DNA of 64,000 nucleotides, taken from positions 291,054-355,053 of the forward strand of contig MNCI01001365.1 in NCBI GenBank assembly GCA_015680685.1, in the 5' to 3' direction. Below, piece by piece: positions 14,451 to 27,806 of this stretch (position 1 is its first letter; each line of letters opens with the position of its first letter). Made by a program: the position numbers and the translations under genes. The notes under the pieces are model-generated. The model worked only from the letters and a program-made list of their open reading frames with translations. It was not told where the DNA came from and searched no databases. This DNA is from Gnetum montanum (lineage: Eukaryota; Plantae; Gnetophyta).

Positions 14451-15789
14451 CGAATATGCTTTCCCTACTTTTTATTATTTTTCTTTTTGCTTTTCGCTAT
14501 TTCTCTTTCTTTCTCTTTTCATGCTCTACATTGGTAAGGCCAAACAAGTATCTTTGCTTTACTCTAATGAGGGTCAGATATCCCTATACAAAAAGGGATT
14601 AGCATTTTAGATGCTTAGTTGACACTTTGAAGATCTTTGCAATACTTACAGCCATCTCTACTATTCAGCATAGTTAGCATTATTTGTAATTGGTGATTTG
14701 AAAATCTCTTTCCAAAGACACTTCCTCTCTATACAATAACTGCCCTCTTTCTTTCTATTTTTTCCTACTAATGCATTGTATATCCTTCATGTTTTCCTCT
14801 TAACACAAAGAGAAATTATTTGGAATCAGGTTAATACATCAATCTAATCTTTTCCTCTACTTCAGTAGCTTCTGAATTTACTATTGTTCCTATTAGATTT
14901 GCATTAGATACATGCATTGGAGAAAGAACAAGGTAACAATTAGATGTCTCTAATCCCTTGTATATGTCCCAAAACATTTTTCTATAGGTTTCTAGTCTTC
15001 TCTTTCAATTGTAATCTAGGTTTTTGCCTTTAGGCTTTCTATGGCATCACATTCTTAGATGTCATGGCAAACATCAATTTTACGTTATATTAGACATTAT
15101 GCATAAGAAGATAATATATCAAATGTCAAATATATGTAACATTTGAATCATGTGTAATGAAAATAATAGGGAAAATGTAGAACAAAAGAGGAAATAATGC
15201 TTTATTGATGTGGAATAGTGTATTTGGACCAGGATATGAAAGTGTTCATTGGGGTTTCCTTCCTTCAGCATCTATCCCTTAAAGGTAATCTAACGCTACC
15301 AAATAATGATAACACTTATTATGAAGAGGCATAATCTTTGTTATGTAGCAACAATATTTGGGAATGGAGATTAGGTTTTGTTTGTCCTTGAACAAGTCCA
15401 CATTCACTATCTTTTTCTAGCTCCAATGCTCTTTTTTTTATGTTGCTATGCTTTAATAATTTGATTTCTCCTTTGGACTTGAAGTTATATATCCTAATGT
15501 CCTTTTGCTTATTTTGCAAATAAAATATATGTGAGAAGAACATATATAAGTATTAAATATTATTTTATCAATACTTACCTCATTTTCTAAGATACTGATA
15601 GGAGTTGAATTAAAGATCTACCAACCACCAATCACCAATCCTAACCAAGGTCACACAAAGTGCAACTCATATCTAGTTATTCAAGTGAAGGTAGGGAAAA
15701 TCCTTATTCTTAACTTGCATTACTATAGAAATTTTATTTATCTAGTTAAAATATAAATTAAACAATAAAGAAAATTATGAAAATCATAA

Positions 15790-17018
15790 ATAAAGTAAGA
15801 TTAAGATACTTCATATCTTGATCAATCTTAGGAATTAATGGAAATAGTTGTAATTCTACCATAAGTGGTATATGATCAAATGGTCTTGTTTAGGATGGAA
15901 GGGCTTTATCTTGATTCTTCTCAATTTCTTCTTTAAAAATTAACTCTAGTAACTTGATAACTTGGAATAATCAGACATTGTACAAAACATTATCTAAGGT
16001 CTCAATGAAGAATGTTGTTGATCCATCTTTCTTAATCATGGTAGAGAAATTACTGAGCTATGATTCTTGATGAGTACTATCCATCAATATCATCTATTCC
16101 TTGATTTTGGAATCTGATTTATCTATTGAAGATTTGAAGTAAGCAAAATATGCACTGACCAATGGAATTATATGTTGAATTGATGGGAACATCTTCTTTA
16201 ANACCAATGGAATTATATGTTGAATTGATGGGAACATCTTCTTTAAATTAGGTTAATCTTTCAAGGATTCCTTTACACATCCATGTTTTAAGAATTGATA
16301 AACACTACACCCAACTTTTGCATTGAAGTCTCCACAAAGGACAATTGACACTGGATCTATATGGCTTAGGAATAACTTATTCTTCGAACTTTTCTCTATT
16401 TGCTTAATCAAGTATGCTCCTTGGCATAGTCTAATATCTGAACATGTTGATTTGGCAATTAAATGTGTGTTGACTACACACACATTTTCCTAATAGATGG
16501 ATTTTTAGTATTAATGCCAAGGCTATGTGACCTTTCCAAAATCTTGATCATTCTTTCTTTCTAATCAGTTAAAGTTTTGGAATTTCAAAAATCATATTTT
16601 CTAAGTTCCTTTCAAATCTCTGTACTAATTTAAACTTGGCTTCTTAATAAAAGATTGTGCAACCATCCATGTTGTTATTTTTGCAGTAGGATAATTTTTA
16701 TGGCTCAAAAGAAGAACTTCTATAAGAACCTTTTTACTTGTAAATACCTTTGTATCCCATCTTTTTCAAGTCTGGTTGGAATTGGTATAGAAATTCCCAT
16801 GGCAAGACTTCTTGTAAGCACAAGACATTAGCATCCAAATCTTGTAATTCCACTAAGATGTGTGGATATTGATACTCATGCCAGTCCAAGGTCCATGGTG
16901 GACATAGTAGATGTTGTCCTTCACTAGCTAGGGATCTTGTAAGCACATTGTACATTGCAACTTTCATTCTCCTTCTTGGATTCTCTCTTGGACCATTACT
17001 CTTTATGGTATCATACAT
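15790..17018 (-). pseudogene. CCR4/CNOT6-like EEP deadenylase domain, element-borne, disrupted (copy 1)
   Basis: MYNVL..LLCPPWTLDW..VLCLQEV (ORF 16734-17018); CVVNTH..IVLCGDFN (ORF 16253-16483); IPLVSAY; FIETLDNV; RPFDHIPLMVEL. These motifs follow the plant CCR4a/b order. Stops and frameshifts present; ends approximate. Confidence 0.88.
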
Positions 17019-17683
17019 CTTGTCGAAATGAGATTATGACTCTCCATTCTATCATATGATTTGGTTGCAAGATGAATTGATAGACATCTTCTTAACCATT
17101 CTTGTTCACTAACTGATTTATCAACTGATTCTCCAACTAACCTTGTTGTAACAACTAGGTACATTACCTAGAATTATTAGCAACCTTTCTACCCCCTTTA
17201 AGAAATTGACCTTGGCAATGTAACTAATAATAAACTAGAGGTTAGAAAGCTAAGACTATCTATAGAGGTTAACAACTTAATCTTAAGGTCCAAAAGGTAA
17301 AATTTGTAAGTCTCATTAATTAAATTGTTAGGCATGATTAATTATTTAAGTTATGGTTTCTCAAGGCATAGTTAAAGATATCATCAACTACCCAAATGAT
17401 AAATCTAACCTTACCATTAAGTTCAGAAAGGTGAAAAATATTGGAAATGACTATTCATATATTAGAAATGGACCTTGTATGCCCAAGTCATGTTTAAAAT
17501 AGAGACTATGCACCATTTTGGGAAAGGAGTGAAAATTAATTTTGAGACTTTCATGGGATAGATTTGACTTCACCATTGTGTTTGGAAAGTTGAAATTTGT
17601 AGAAAATGACTCTTTGTTTATTAAAAATGGTTTTTGAAATCAAAGTTACAGCTGTTGAGGTCCAAAACCTTTGACATGAAAAC

Positions 17684-17749
17684 GAGACTTCCTGAGAGAT
17701 CATCCATCCCAATTCTACTTTAAGACAAGCGTGCTTAATTACGAAGTTT
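17684..17749 (-). promoter_or_regulatory. 5S rRNA-derived segment (Pol III box A / IE / box C), copy 1
   Basis: Minus strand AAACTTCGTAATTAAGCACGCTTG..AGTAGAATTGGGATGGATGATCTCTCAGGAAGTCTC aligns to the 3' half of plant 5S rRNA as I recall it (GAACTCCGCAGTTAAGCGTGCTTG..AGTAGTACTAGGATGGGTGACCTCCTGGGAAGTCCTC). Confidence 0.8.
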
Positions 17750-20329
17750 TTATTTCATTCACTACCAATGCACTAATTTTCCTTCTTGAAAATTTTTATT
17801 AGCATCCCTAAATTTAGACCAACGTTCCCTAAATTTAGACTAACGTTCTTTTTTCTAACTAAAGAATTGATGGAAATTTTGAGTGTACCATTAATTGATG
17901 GAAAATTTAAATTCTGAGTTAGAAAAATTTTTCCATCACTTTGGGCAGGGGCAGGGATGATGGTAGGGGCAAGAATGGTGGTAGTGACCACAAGGATGCG
18001 GGAGCAGCAAGCAAGTAGGAAATGGTAGACACTTAGTGGCAGCAAACGGATATGGACGCACATTGGTGAAGCAGCCAGCGAGCGAGCGAGGGTTTCTCTC
18101 CCTTGCAATGGCATTTGCGGATGCGATGGCCGAAGTAGCAATTATTTAGTATGCAGATCTTCAGCGTGACCTCATGTGGGGCTACACAGCCCTACAAGCC
18201 AGCATGGCCCTCAAAATTTATTTAATTTTTAAAATTTTTTAATGATTTTAGCAGTAGGGCCCATCTTTTGGCAACGGCTACCTCGTGTCATTGCTAATGG
18301 GCAGGCACGTGTAGCCGCAGAGAGGTGCGGACGGACTGTAGTTGGATGGTACAATGGCAGGCAAGCAGAAGACAGCATGAGCATGGGCCTTAGTATTTTG
18401 TGCAGCGGCCTTCCCCCTCCCTTCATGGGCTGCATGATCCTAAGGGCTAGCGTAGCCCTGGAAGGCGTGCTACAGCCTTGTAGGGTGGCAGTACCTTTCC
18501 AAATTTTTTTGAATAACTTTTCATTATTATTTTATTCTGCCTAGCCCTCATAGTTGGTTTGGTGGTTTGTCACATGATGGGGCATGGTTTGGTTTCGGTA
18601 GAGGGAGATTTCATGTTTGATTTTGGACCTTAAATTTTGGACCCTTTTTTTTGAACTTTTTATTAGCAGTTTATTTAGACATGCATAATGTAAAACTTTA
18701 AACATCAATATGTCTTAAATTGTAAGTTCGATTGAGACAAAATTTGTACCATTGGAATTTTTTAGACGAATAATACACATTGAATATGGTTTTAAAGTCT
18801 AAAATTGAAATTGGATTTTCAAGATTTTGAAGGGTCCAAACTAGCTTATTCTACCACATGGTATTACTAGGCTAATGTATGGGTAACATTATTACTTATA
18901 AATGATTCTAAGTTGCTTGTAAATGATATATCAATCTTTGGACATGAAGATACTACTTTGACCTTATAAATTGACAAGTATGATGTAAGCCTAGTCTCTT
19001 ATATCAAACTTAGATCCTGGGTACTATGAAGAAGCAAGATACCTCAACATTACCAACAAGTACTGGTTTTCCTATGGGTCCCATGATAATAACCTTTATT
19101 AATTAATTGGATGAGGATGAACCAATCTTATTACTAGGTTGACCTCCTTAAACTTACCAGTATCTTTACAATTGTTAAGGATAGGCAATACCAAGTTATA
19201 AGGACTAGGTATTTAGAGATAATAAGTTCAAAACCAACTAAGAATGGCTTAGACCATGGTTACTAGCCTTCTAAAAGAAACTTAACAATGTTCTTAATTA
19301 ATTTATATTTTAATAATATTACAAGATGGGTAAGAATTACCTAGACTAGTGTATCTTTATCTTACCAATGTTTCTTGTAGTTGATGTACCTTAGTGAGGC
19401 ATAGCCATATCTCCTGATCACTAATATCCTTGAATGAGTCATGGTTGATGGGGTTCATGTTGAACATGATATACTTCATAGTTATTTTGTAGATGTATAG
19501 ATCATCTTAGACATATGAAACATCTGGTGGTGGTCCATGGCTCTTCCTAGACTTTGGCTCCATGGTTAATCATCAGGTTGTAGTTAGTCCATGGTTATGA
19601 TTAGCCCTTGGGTCATGGTTTGCTCCAATACCAATTGTACCATCCCATTTCCAGATGTCATGACAAACATCAAATATATGTTATATTAGACATTATGCGT
19701 AAGAAGAAAATATACCACATGTCAAATATATGTAACATTCCACATCATGTGTAATGAAAATAATAGAAAAAATGTAGAAGAAAAGAGGAAAGAATGCTTT
19801 ATTGATGTGGAATGGCAAGTCCTCTTCCTATCTAGCTTCACCCGACACTTGTCACTCGCCTTTACCAGCTTCACAACTCCATGCTGGCATGACCTCTAAT
19901 GCCCAAGTATAAATGCCTTAGGTCAAACCCTCAAAGGTCACCTCAAGAGACATGTTTGTTATTACAATGCACCATTTAGAGTCTCAATTACAACACCATT
20001 TTAAGGTCTTGTTACAATAATGATAACACTTGTTATGAGGAGGCACCATCTTTGTTATGTAGCAATGGGAATAGGTACATTACACTTTTTGTCTTTGGTA
20101 TAATCCATATTTGCTATAGATCTAATTTCTATTTTCTTTATGTTTCTCTTGGTTCAGTAGATTAATAGATTAGATCTGTTTTTTCTTTAAATCTCATTGT
20201 TAAATGTTGTTATTTTTCAGCCATTCACTACATTTTCATGCCCTATAGATTCGTATACAATCTCTATCCATTTTCAACTAGTTATTTCATGAACAAAATT
20301 TTTTTCCTCTTAATTTACTAGTATTTGAC

Positions 20330-21800
20330 AAAAATGTCTGGGTAATATTGGTGGATTTTTTTTATTATCTGCAAGTCCTCTTCTAATTTAAGGGAAATTA
20401 CTTAAAAAATTAGTTTTCTTAGAGTATTTGATAACCACGAGATTACCTAGATTAATTTCATATTAGGTTGTGTTAAATTCCATTATTGTGATGATTCCTA
20501 CCATAACACACCTACTTAGGTAATTTTATGAAAGATTTTACTAATGTAAAAATCTATCACTAAAATAGTAGAAAAGGTGAAAAAATGTGGGATTGCTTAA
20601 ATGAAAAGTTTCAATAGACACTAACAATTATGAAGGAGCAAGCGTAATAAGCCAAAGATAGATACAAGAATAAAAAAAGAAGAAGTAAAAATAAATATGT
20701 GAGAACACTTATTAGTAGAAAGGGTAAGTTGTAGTAGTAAAGAAGACTGAAAATTTAGATTCTAAGGAGGATGATGGATGTGCAATCTATTAATACAAAT
20801 ATTCCAAGGACTACTGTCCAATCATTTCACAACTTCAAAGATTTGGAGCTTAAGATTTAAACTTTATGTTTATAAAAAAGTAAACACCTAAGAGATTAGC
20901 TTATGTACAACCCCATTATAGAAAGTCGTATAATCAACAATACTATCTAAGTGGAATTTCTCATCAACTTCAAAAGTACTACTACTAGTAGTAGAAAAAT
21001 CCACTATCATGGGGGATATTATCACTTAGGTAATAGTATCTTTATTGCTAGTGGAACCCATACGTCAATTATATGCAAAAACTTATTTCATTGAACCATT
21101 GTATCACAAATGCCTTTGCTTACTACTTCTATTCTTTAGAATACCATCTTCTAGCAACACCCCATACAAATCCACCTTCTTACATCTCTCATCATTCATC
21201 ATATCCTCCTTAATGCTCTCATACATCTATTTCACTTATGGCACCTTCACCAATGCAAGGGTAGTTACCATCTCAACAGTCATCATCATTTTGAAGCAAA
21301 AAATTTGAACTATTATGCTTACACATATCCTGATCGACTTGATAAATGTAAGAGCTATATCTAAGAAAATCAAAGATACGAGAAGTCCTTTGATCTATTT
21401 ATAGATAAATAGAAATACACTTTGTATACATCTCCTAAACTCATGTTTAAGCATGAACCTTATCTCTTAAAAAATGTACTAACTTAGAACCTACCATTGA
21501 TGCCCAAAAAAAAAAATTCTAATTAGAGCTTGTAGATCAATCCATCATTACTCCTATGGGATAGGTTGATGATGTGGTAACCATCATCAATGGATGATCT
21601 TACCAAATAGATTTCTAAATGATCTAGGTGGGCAATAACAAAGAAGAATTTCAAATTACCATGGGAAGGGCATGCCTTAGTACCATAGATGCTAAGCTAT
21701 GAATCAAAGATCTTTCCTTGGAAATTGCCAAGAAAAATGAACATGACATTATGGAGAAGCAAAGAGTTCAATGCATTGCGTATAATGACATGGAGTGCAA
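20330..21800 (+). pseudogene. Decayed Athila-like gag-protease relic related to the element at 38233-44738
   Basis: DDGCAIY..PRTTVQ/CPIISQL region (~20770) matches DDGGCEIC..CPIISHL of ORF 42098-42541. Protease ELVDQSIITPMG*VDDVVT (~21526). Boundaries approximate. Confidence 0.7.
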
Positions 21801-24800
21801 TTATGTATAAAGAGTATGCATTTTTTGTTTGAATGGAATTTATTCATTTTCCAAATTAAGTTAGTTTTAGTTACATTTATTTAAGGTTTACTCTATGATA
21901 AGTGTGAGTCAATTCATAAGGCATTTAAGTCATCTTATAAATGAGAAGATGTTTTGTAAATAGTACTAGTTTATTTTATGATTTTCATAAGGTCTACAAT
22001 CATATGAATTTGTAAATCATTAAAGTATTAAGTCATGTCAAATTTTTTGAGTCATAACTTTTCATCAAGTTAAATGTCTATCAAGTGTTAAGTCAAGTGA
22101 GTGTGTAGAAGATAAACATGAAGTGTAATAGGAAAAGGAACAACTTGTTATGAAGAAAAGATTTAAAGAATTATTTCTATATACATTATTCAAAGAACTA
22201 CAAGCTATAGTTTGCAATTCTGATAAATTGAGCATTTTAAATTATTAATTATGATAGAGCAATTAATGCTTTTACATTCTCAAGAATACTAAAATTTAAT
22301 ATGGTATTAGAGTTGGGGAAAATGTAAAAGTAAAGATCAAGATAAAGATTCCATGAGGAAAAAGAAAAATGAGAATATAGATGATCTAACAAATTCCATG
22401 TAGAGTATATCATTAAAATAGGATGAAAATAATTTTTTGAGAACTTTGATGAATAAGATTACTTTGACCAATACATAGAAATTGATGATGAAGAACTATT
22501 AGACATGAACATAAAAAATGAGGATAATCCTACTAGCAAGTCAACTATGACATCTAGTTTTAAATCCAAATTTTAGATTGGATGATAATTGAAAAAAATG
22601 GAATAATATAACCTTAAGTATTTTATTTTCAAGTATATTTAAAGTAGTATATAGCTTATTTTATAGAATATTGATACCTACAAGAATTTGGGAGTATTTC
22701 TACTAAATGTTGGCAAATTTGGACATGGTCAAAAAGAATCATTTGTTTCTCAAATCATCATCATCGTCATTCTAGCCTTATATCAAGAAAATGGGGTCAG
22801 CTACATGAATTCTTTATTGTTATTCACTTATATGAAGAGCCTTCAAATCATCTTTGATCATTCTTTTCTATGTCTTGAGTGCTACACATCACATTTGGGG
22901 AATGCCTTAGCATTTGCAAAATCTAAAAAGAAACTCATCCATAAGATTTGATAAGGTTTTATAGCTAGCTACCAACTTGATTCTAATCCTCCTCCCTTTG
23001 TATATGGACTTGTTTCTTAAATTATGAATAATTAAAATGGGAGTAGAAAAATAATTAATAGAATTCATCAAATATGTGAATTTAATCATCCTTTAAATAG
23101 AATATGGAGATAAAAGTATAAATTACAAAGAAAGTGCAAGTTTTTTATGGAAAGAATTTCTTGATCAATATAAAGGTTTTACTCAAGAACTAGATGCACT
23201 TGGTAAGAGACCAAAAATTCCAACCTTAATAGCACAACTTCAACTATAAAAAGCAAAGATAGAAATTGAGCAGAAAATAAAGAATACTGAGTAAGTTATG
23301 TACACTTCAAAGAATAAATAAGAATAAAAAAGGTATACCAATTCATTTAATAGGAAAAATCATGGAAAAATATTAAAAAAACATTAAGAAACACAAATAT
23401 TGTTTCATATGTGGTAGAAAAGGTCATGAATTTAAGAACTCGTGCAACATGAAAAGTCTCATATTTGCTATAATTTAAAAAATATTTATGATAAGAAGAA
23501 TGGATAGACAGAATTAATAGAGAAAAAACAATAATTGTTAAAGGAATAAAGCCAATTTACTAGAAAATGAAATGATTTCTATAATAAAGGATGTTACGAC
23601 TAAGACTTTAATGGTCAAAGTTGAGCATAATACATGGTACATAGATTTGAGGTGTTCAAGACATGTTTTGATAAACCAAGATTTGTTTAAGAATCTATGT
23701 ATCATTAATGAAGAAGAATCTATCACACCTATTAGAGGCATCTATAAGTATAAGGAAATTGGTGATATCAACATAAAAATTGTTGTTCCACCAGTCTGGA
23801 TCAAGAATGTGTACTATACACCAGCCCTAAAAGATCATAATATTCTCTCAATTTTAGAGTTGATGAAATTAGGCCACAGAGTCTTATTTGAACAAGATCA
23901 AGAGAAGAAAGTAAGATGCACCATATTAGAAGAGAAGTCTTAAAAGAAGTTTGTAGGAAAAAAAGGAAACAAATGGTGTCTTTAGGATGCATCTTTTTAG
24001 AGTAGTGATCTAAGCTACAAATCATAAAACAAATGAAGATAAATTATGACATGCAAGATTTGAACACATGTATAAAAGTTATATGTATGAATTACTATAT
24101 GCCTCTACTGGTTTTTCATACTTGAGCTTAAATAGGAAGATGTTTGAAAATTCATTTACAATAGGAAAACAAAAAAGATTTTCCCCCAGTATGAAGAATA
24201 TCAACCAAATCAAAATTGAAGATTATACATTTAGATTTTGGCTCATGTTGAAATGTAACTTCACTTAGAGGAGCAAAGTATGTAGTAATTTGTATTGACA
24301 ACTTTACGTGTAAGATTTAAATTGATGTCATTAAGTCTAAGAGTGAATTATTTAAGACCTTTAAATAATTGAAGGCCTTAGTGAAAAAATAGATCTAACT
24401 TCTAATTATAAAGTTACAAATCAATAATCTATCACAATACATGAGTAGAGAGTTTCAAGAAAATACAAAAAAAGAATGAATTATTCATAAAAAAAATATA
24501 CCTTATTAACTAGAAGAAAATGAAGTTGTTGAACAAAAGAATAGAATCATTGAAGAAATGATAATAATCATGCTAGCTAAATCCAAATTAAATAATTCTT
24601 TTTGGGGCAAAGTTGTACAAACTATAGTTCATATCATTAATTGGAGTCCCACTATGTGTTTATGATTTTCATGTCCAAATACCATATGAAATGGAAAAAA
24701 GCCTAAACTTACGCACTTGTATGTGTTGGGGTGTTAAGTATACTACCATGTACATGTTATAATTAAATTTAGCCCTAAAGCAAGAGAAGGATACTTTATT

Positions 24801-26677
24801 AGATATGACATTCATATGAAAGAATATCATATTTGGGATCTAGAACTTGAGAAGTTAGTTACCACAAGAGATGTGATATTTAATAAAGAAGAATTGCTAG
24901 AAGGAAGAAGAAGCTATGTGTCATGTCCCCATTTCCAAATGATGCTATTACATAATGAAGATGGTGTCTCTTCATAACAAGTTTTATGATTCTTGTAAGA
25001 AGACTCGGAAAGGGCAGTTGTAACTAAGACTCAAAAGGGTGCATTGTAATAATGGACATGTCTCTTCAGGTAACCTTTGGGGGTTTGACCTAAAACATTT
25101 ATACCCAGGCTTAGAGGTTGTGCCAAGTATGGGGTGGTGGAGTAGGTACAGGCAAGTCACAGGAGCCAGGTGAAGTGAGAAAGGAAGTGGACTGGCCATC
25201 CCTTCTAGCTAGTAATAGGCCTAACCATGGTGGCAGTGTTGGATTGCCTCTAAGGGATAGATGCCAAAGGAAGGAAACCCCAAGGAACACTCTCAGAGCA
25301 TGATCTAGATACTCTATATCATATCAATAAATTATTCTTTTATTTCTCTTTCTACACTTTTTCTGTTATTTCCTTTACACATAATGTTCAATGTTACATA
25401 TATTTGACATTTGGTATATTTTCTTCTTACGCATAATGTCTAATATAACATGTATTTGATGTTTGCCATGACATCTAGGAATGGGATGTCACAATTGATA
25501 TCAAAGCAAACCACAACCCAAGGGACATTTAGAACCATGGGTCAAGTACAACATGAACCTGATGATAAACCATGAAGCCACAACATAGGAAAAGCCATTG
25601 ATGATCACCAGATGCACCATATGTCTGTGATGTAAGCCAAAAGATACCATTCCATTGAGCTTATGAATAATGGATTAGACATCTACAAAAGACATAGATT
25701 TCACCAACTAACAAAATTCTTTCAAGGATATCATTGACTGATGAAGATTTGATTGCACCTCATCAAGATTCAACAATTGTTAGAGATGTTGGTAAGGTTC
25801 ATTAATTGCAAAAGATGTTGGTAAGACAAGGATACACCGATCTAGGTAACCCTTATCCATCGTAATACTATAAATATTAATCGATTAAGATCATTGTTAA
25901 AGTTTCTCCAAAAAAAGGTTAGTAACCATGATTTGAATTAATCTTGTTTTGTTGAAACTCATTAATCTAAGAAACTTCAAGTCATTTATAAGTCATCATG
26001 TCTTCTATATATCAACGTGGTAATCTCATCTTGGTAGAATAAGCTAGCTTGAATCTTTTAAAAAAATATTAAAAATTCAAATTTTTTTGAATCCTAAGAC
26101 TATGTCCAATGCATAGTATTCGTGAAGATGATTCCAACTGCACCAATTTCATCAAAATCAGACTTATAGTTTGGGAGATACAACATTTATTAGGTTACAT
26201 GCAGTTTTAAAATTTAAAAAGTGTATTTTTTAAATTTTTAAATTTTATTGTTAATTTTTTATTTATTTAATAAAAAACTGGGGGAAGTAGGAGGTCATAG
26301 GTTCGACCTCGAGCCCCAAAATTTTTTTATATATTTATATAAAAAAGTAAACCCTTTGGCTGGGGCATGACTAACCCTGTTGTTGGTTGTGGTAGGGTAG
26401 GTCCGGTTGGTAGTGCCACAGTTGGCCAATGGTTGATGGTAGTTGGGCTTTCCATGTAGCACCATGACCAGCTTTAAGGTTTGGCAATAAGGGTGGCCAT
26501 GATGCATCCAACCACCCAATGACCCAAAACCATTTAGTGTAGCCACTGCTTTGTAGTTGCTTGCATCATCCACCACTCCTTATGTTCTCCTACATCATTT
26601 TTTAGTAATCTATGTTGTCCTTTTGCATGTTCCACCATGTTTGACCTATGTTGCATCCTTAGTAGTCTTTCGATGCT

Positions 26678-27000
26678 CTATGGACACCAACGACACCATG
26701 GATCATTGTCACTCTTGACACTTCACAAACATCGTTAGTGCTATGGATCATTAGCACCCCTGGTGTTCCACGGGCATTGATGGCATTGCTAATCACAAGC
26801 ACCTTGGTGCTCCATGGGCATAAATGACACCATTGATCATAGGCATCCTCAGTGCTCCATGCACATCATTGTTGCCATGGATCATAGGCACCCTAGGCAC
26901 TTCGTGGGCATTGATGGTGCTGCTAATCATAAGTACCCTTGGTGCTTTGTAGGCATCAACAACATTGTTGATCACAAGCATCCATGGTGCCCTCCAATGC
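26678..27000 (+). repeat. ~45-bp degenerate tandem repeat, ~7 units
   Basis: GGATCAT at 26700/26745 and GGGCAT at 26771/26816 recur with a 45-bp period. Confidence 0.8.
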
Positions 27001-27149
27001 CATCGTTAATGACCTATTTTTAGTGCTAGAACCCCAAAAATTGTGCACAACATTGCCTCTTTGTGTAGGACGTGCTTGCCCTTGCAAGAACTGCATGGAC
27101 CCTTGCATAGGCCATGCTAGCCTAGTGTTGGTTGCAAAAACCCCATTTT

Positions 27150-27375
27150 GGGCTACATAGGCCCTAAGGAAGGCCACATGAGCCCTAAGATAGGCCACAT
27201 AGGCCCTAAGGAGGGCCACATGAGCCTTAAGATGGGTCGCATAAACCTTAGAGAGGGCCACGTAGGCCCTAGGGAGGACAACATTAGCCCTAAGACAAGT
27301 TGTACAGGCCCTATAGAGGGTTGTGTGAGCCTTATGAAGGGCTACATGAGCCTTGGAAAGGGGCTATGCAACTAG
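27150..27375 (+). repeat. 21-bp tandem repeat, ~10 units (GGGCCACATAGGCCCTAAGGA-like)
   Basis: Directly visible periodic units. A related array is at ~36370-36530 on - strand in copy 3. Confidence 0.85.
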
Positions 27376-27749
27376 GACTGGTTGCCTAGTGCAATCGCCA
27401 CTGACACATACTATTGCTACCATGCTACTTTGTGCACATCCTTACCTTACTTGTTGCTACCTTCATGCACATTCCTTACCTTGCTTGCCGCTACCTTCAT
27501 GTACATTTCCTACCATGTCACCATTCTTATCTGGTAGTTGTCTCTACCTTTAGTGATGGAAGAATTTTTTCATCAATCAATGAGAAATTTGAAAGTTTTT
27601 GGCAATTAATGGAAATTTTGAAATTTTTGTCAATTGATGGAAAATTCAAAATTCCCATCATCGATGTGTTGATTTAAGTGAAAAATGTGCGAAAATAATT
27701 TTTAAAATGAAATTAGGCACTCTAGTTCTAATAAGAATAAAAATTACAT

Positions 27750-27806
27750 AATTAAGCATGCTTGAATTGGAGTAGAATTGGGATGGGTGACCTCTCAGGA
27801 AGTCTC
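27750..27806 (+). promoter_or_regulatory. 5S rRNA-derived segment (Pol III box A / IE / box C), copy 2
   Basis: AATTAAGCATGCTTG..GAGTAGAATTGGGATGGGTGACCTCTCAGGAAGTCTC gives ~44/58 matches by hand to a recalled plant 5S consensus, including an exact GGATGGGTGACCTC box C region. Followed by a T-run. Confidence 0.83.

Larger units (their letters stand above)
15040..20084 (-). mobile_element. Non-autonomous LTR element carrying a 5S-like segment and CCR4-like gene, copy 1
   Basis: 5' LTR 19636-20084 and internally deleted 3' LTR 15040-~15370. PBS TGGTATTGGAGC 19622-19633. Flanks CTTTC/CTTTT. The inner end of the 3' LTR and the PPT are deleted. Interior homologous to copies 2 and 3. Confidence 0.9.

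Noticed and set aside
14036-14602. 188-aa hydrophobic ORF resembling a membrane or env-like protein
   Set aside because: It overlaps the frameshifted integrase C-terminus of the Tat relic and T-rich downstream DNA; the hydrophobicity reflects base composition.
16158-16246. Apparent ~44-bp tandem duplication inside the copy 1 CCR4 gene
   Set aside because: Exact repeat centred on a single N (16202): a contig-overlap artefact.
26678-27375. CRISPR-like array or repeat-protein ORFs (26793-27375)
   Set aside because: Head-to-tail degenerate minisatellites without unique spacers in a eukaryotic context. The ORFs are by-products and are not kept in the other copies.
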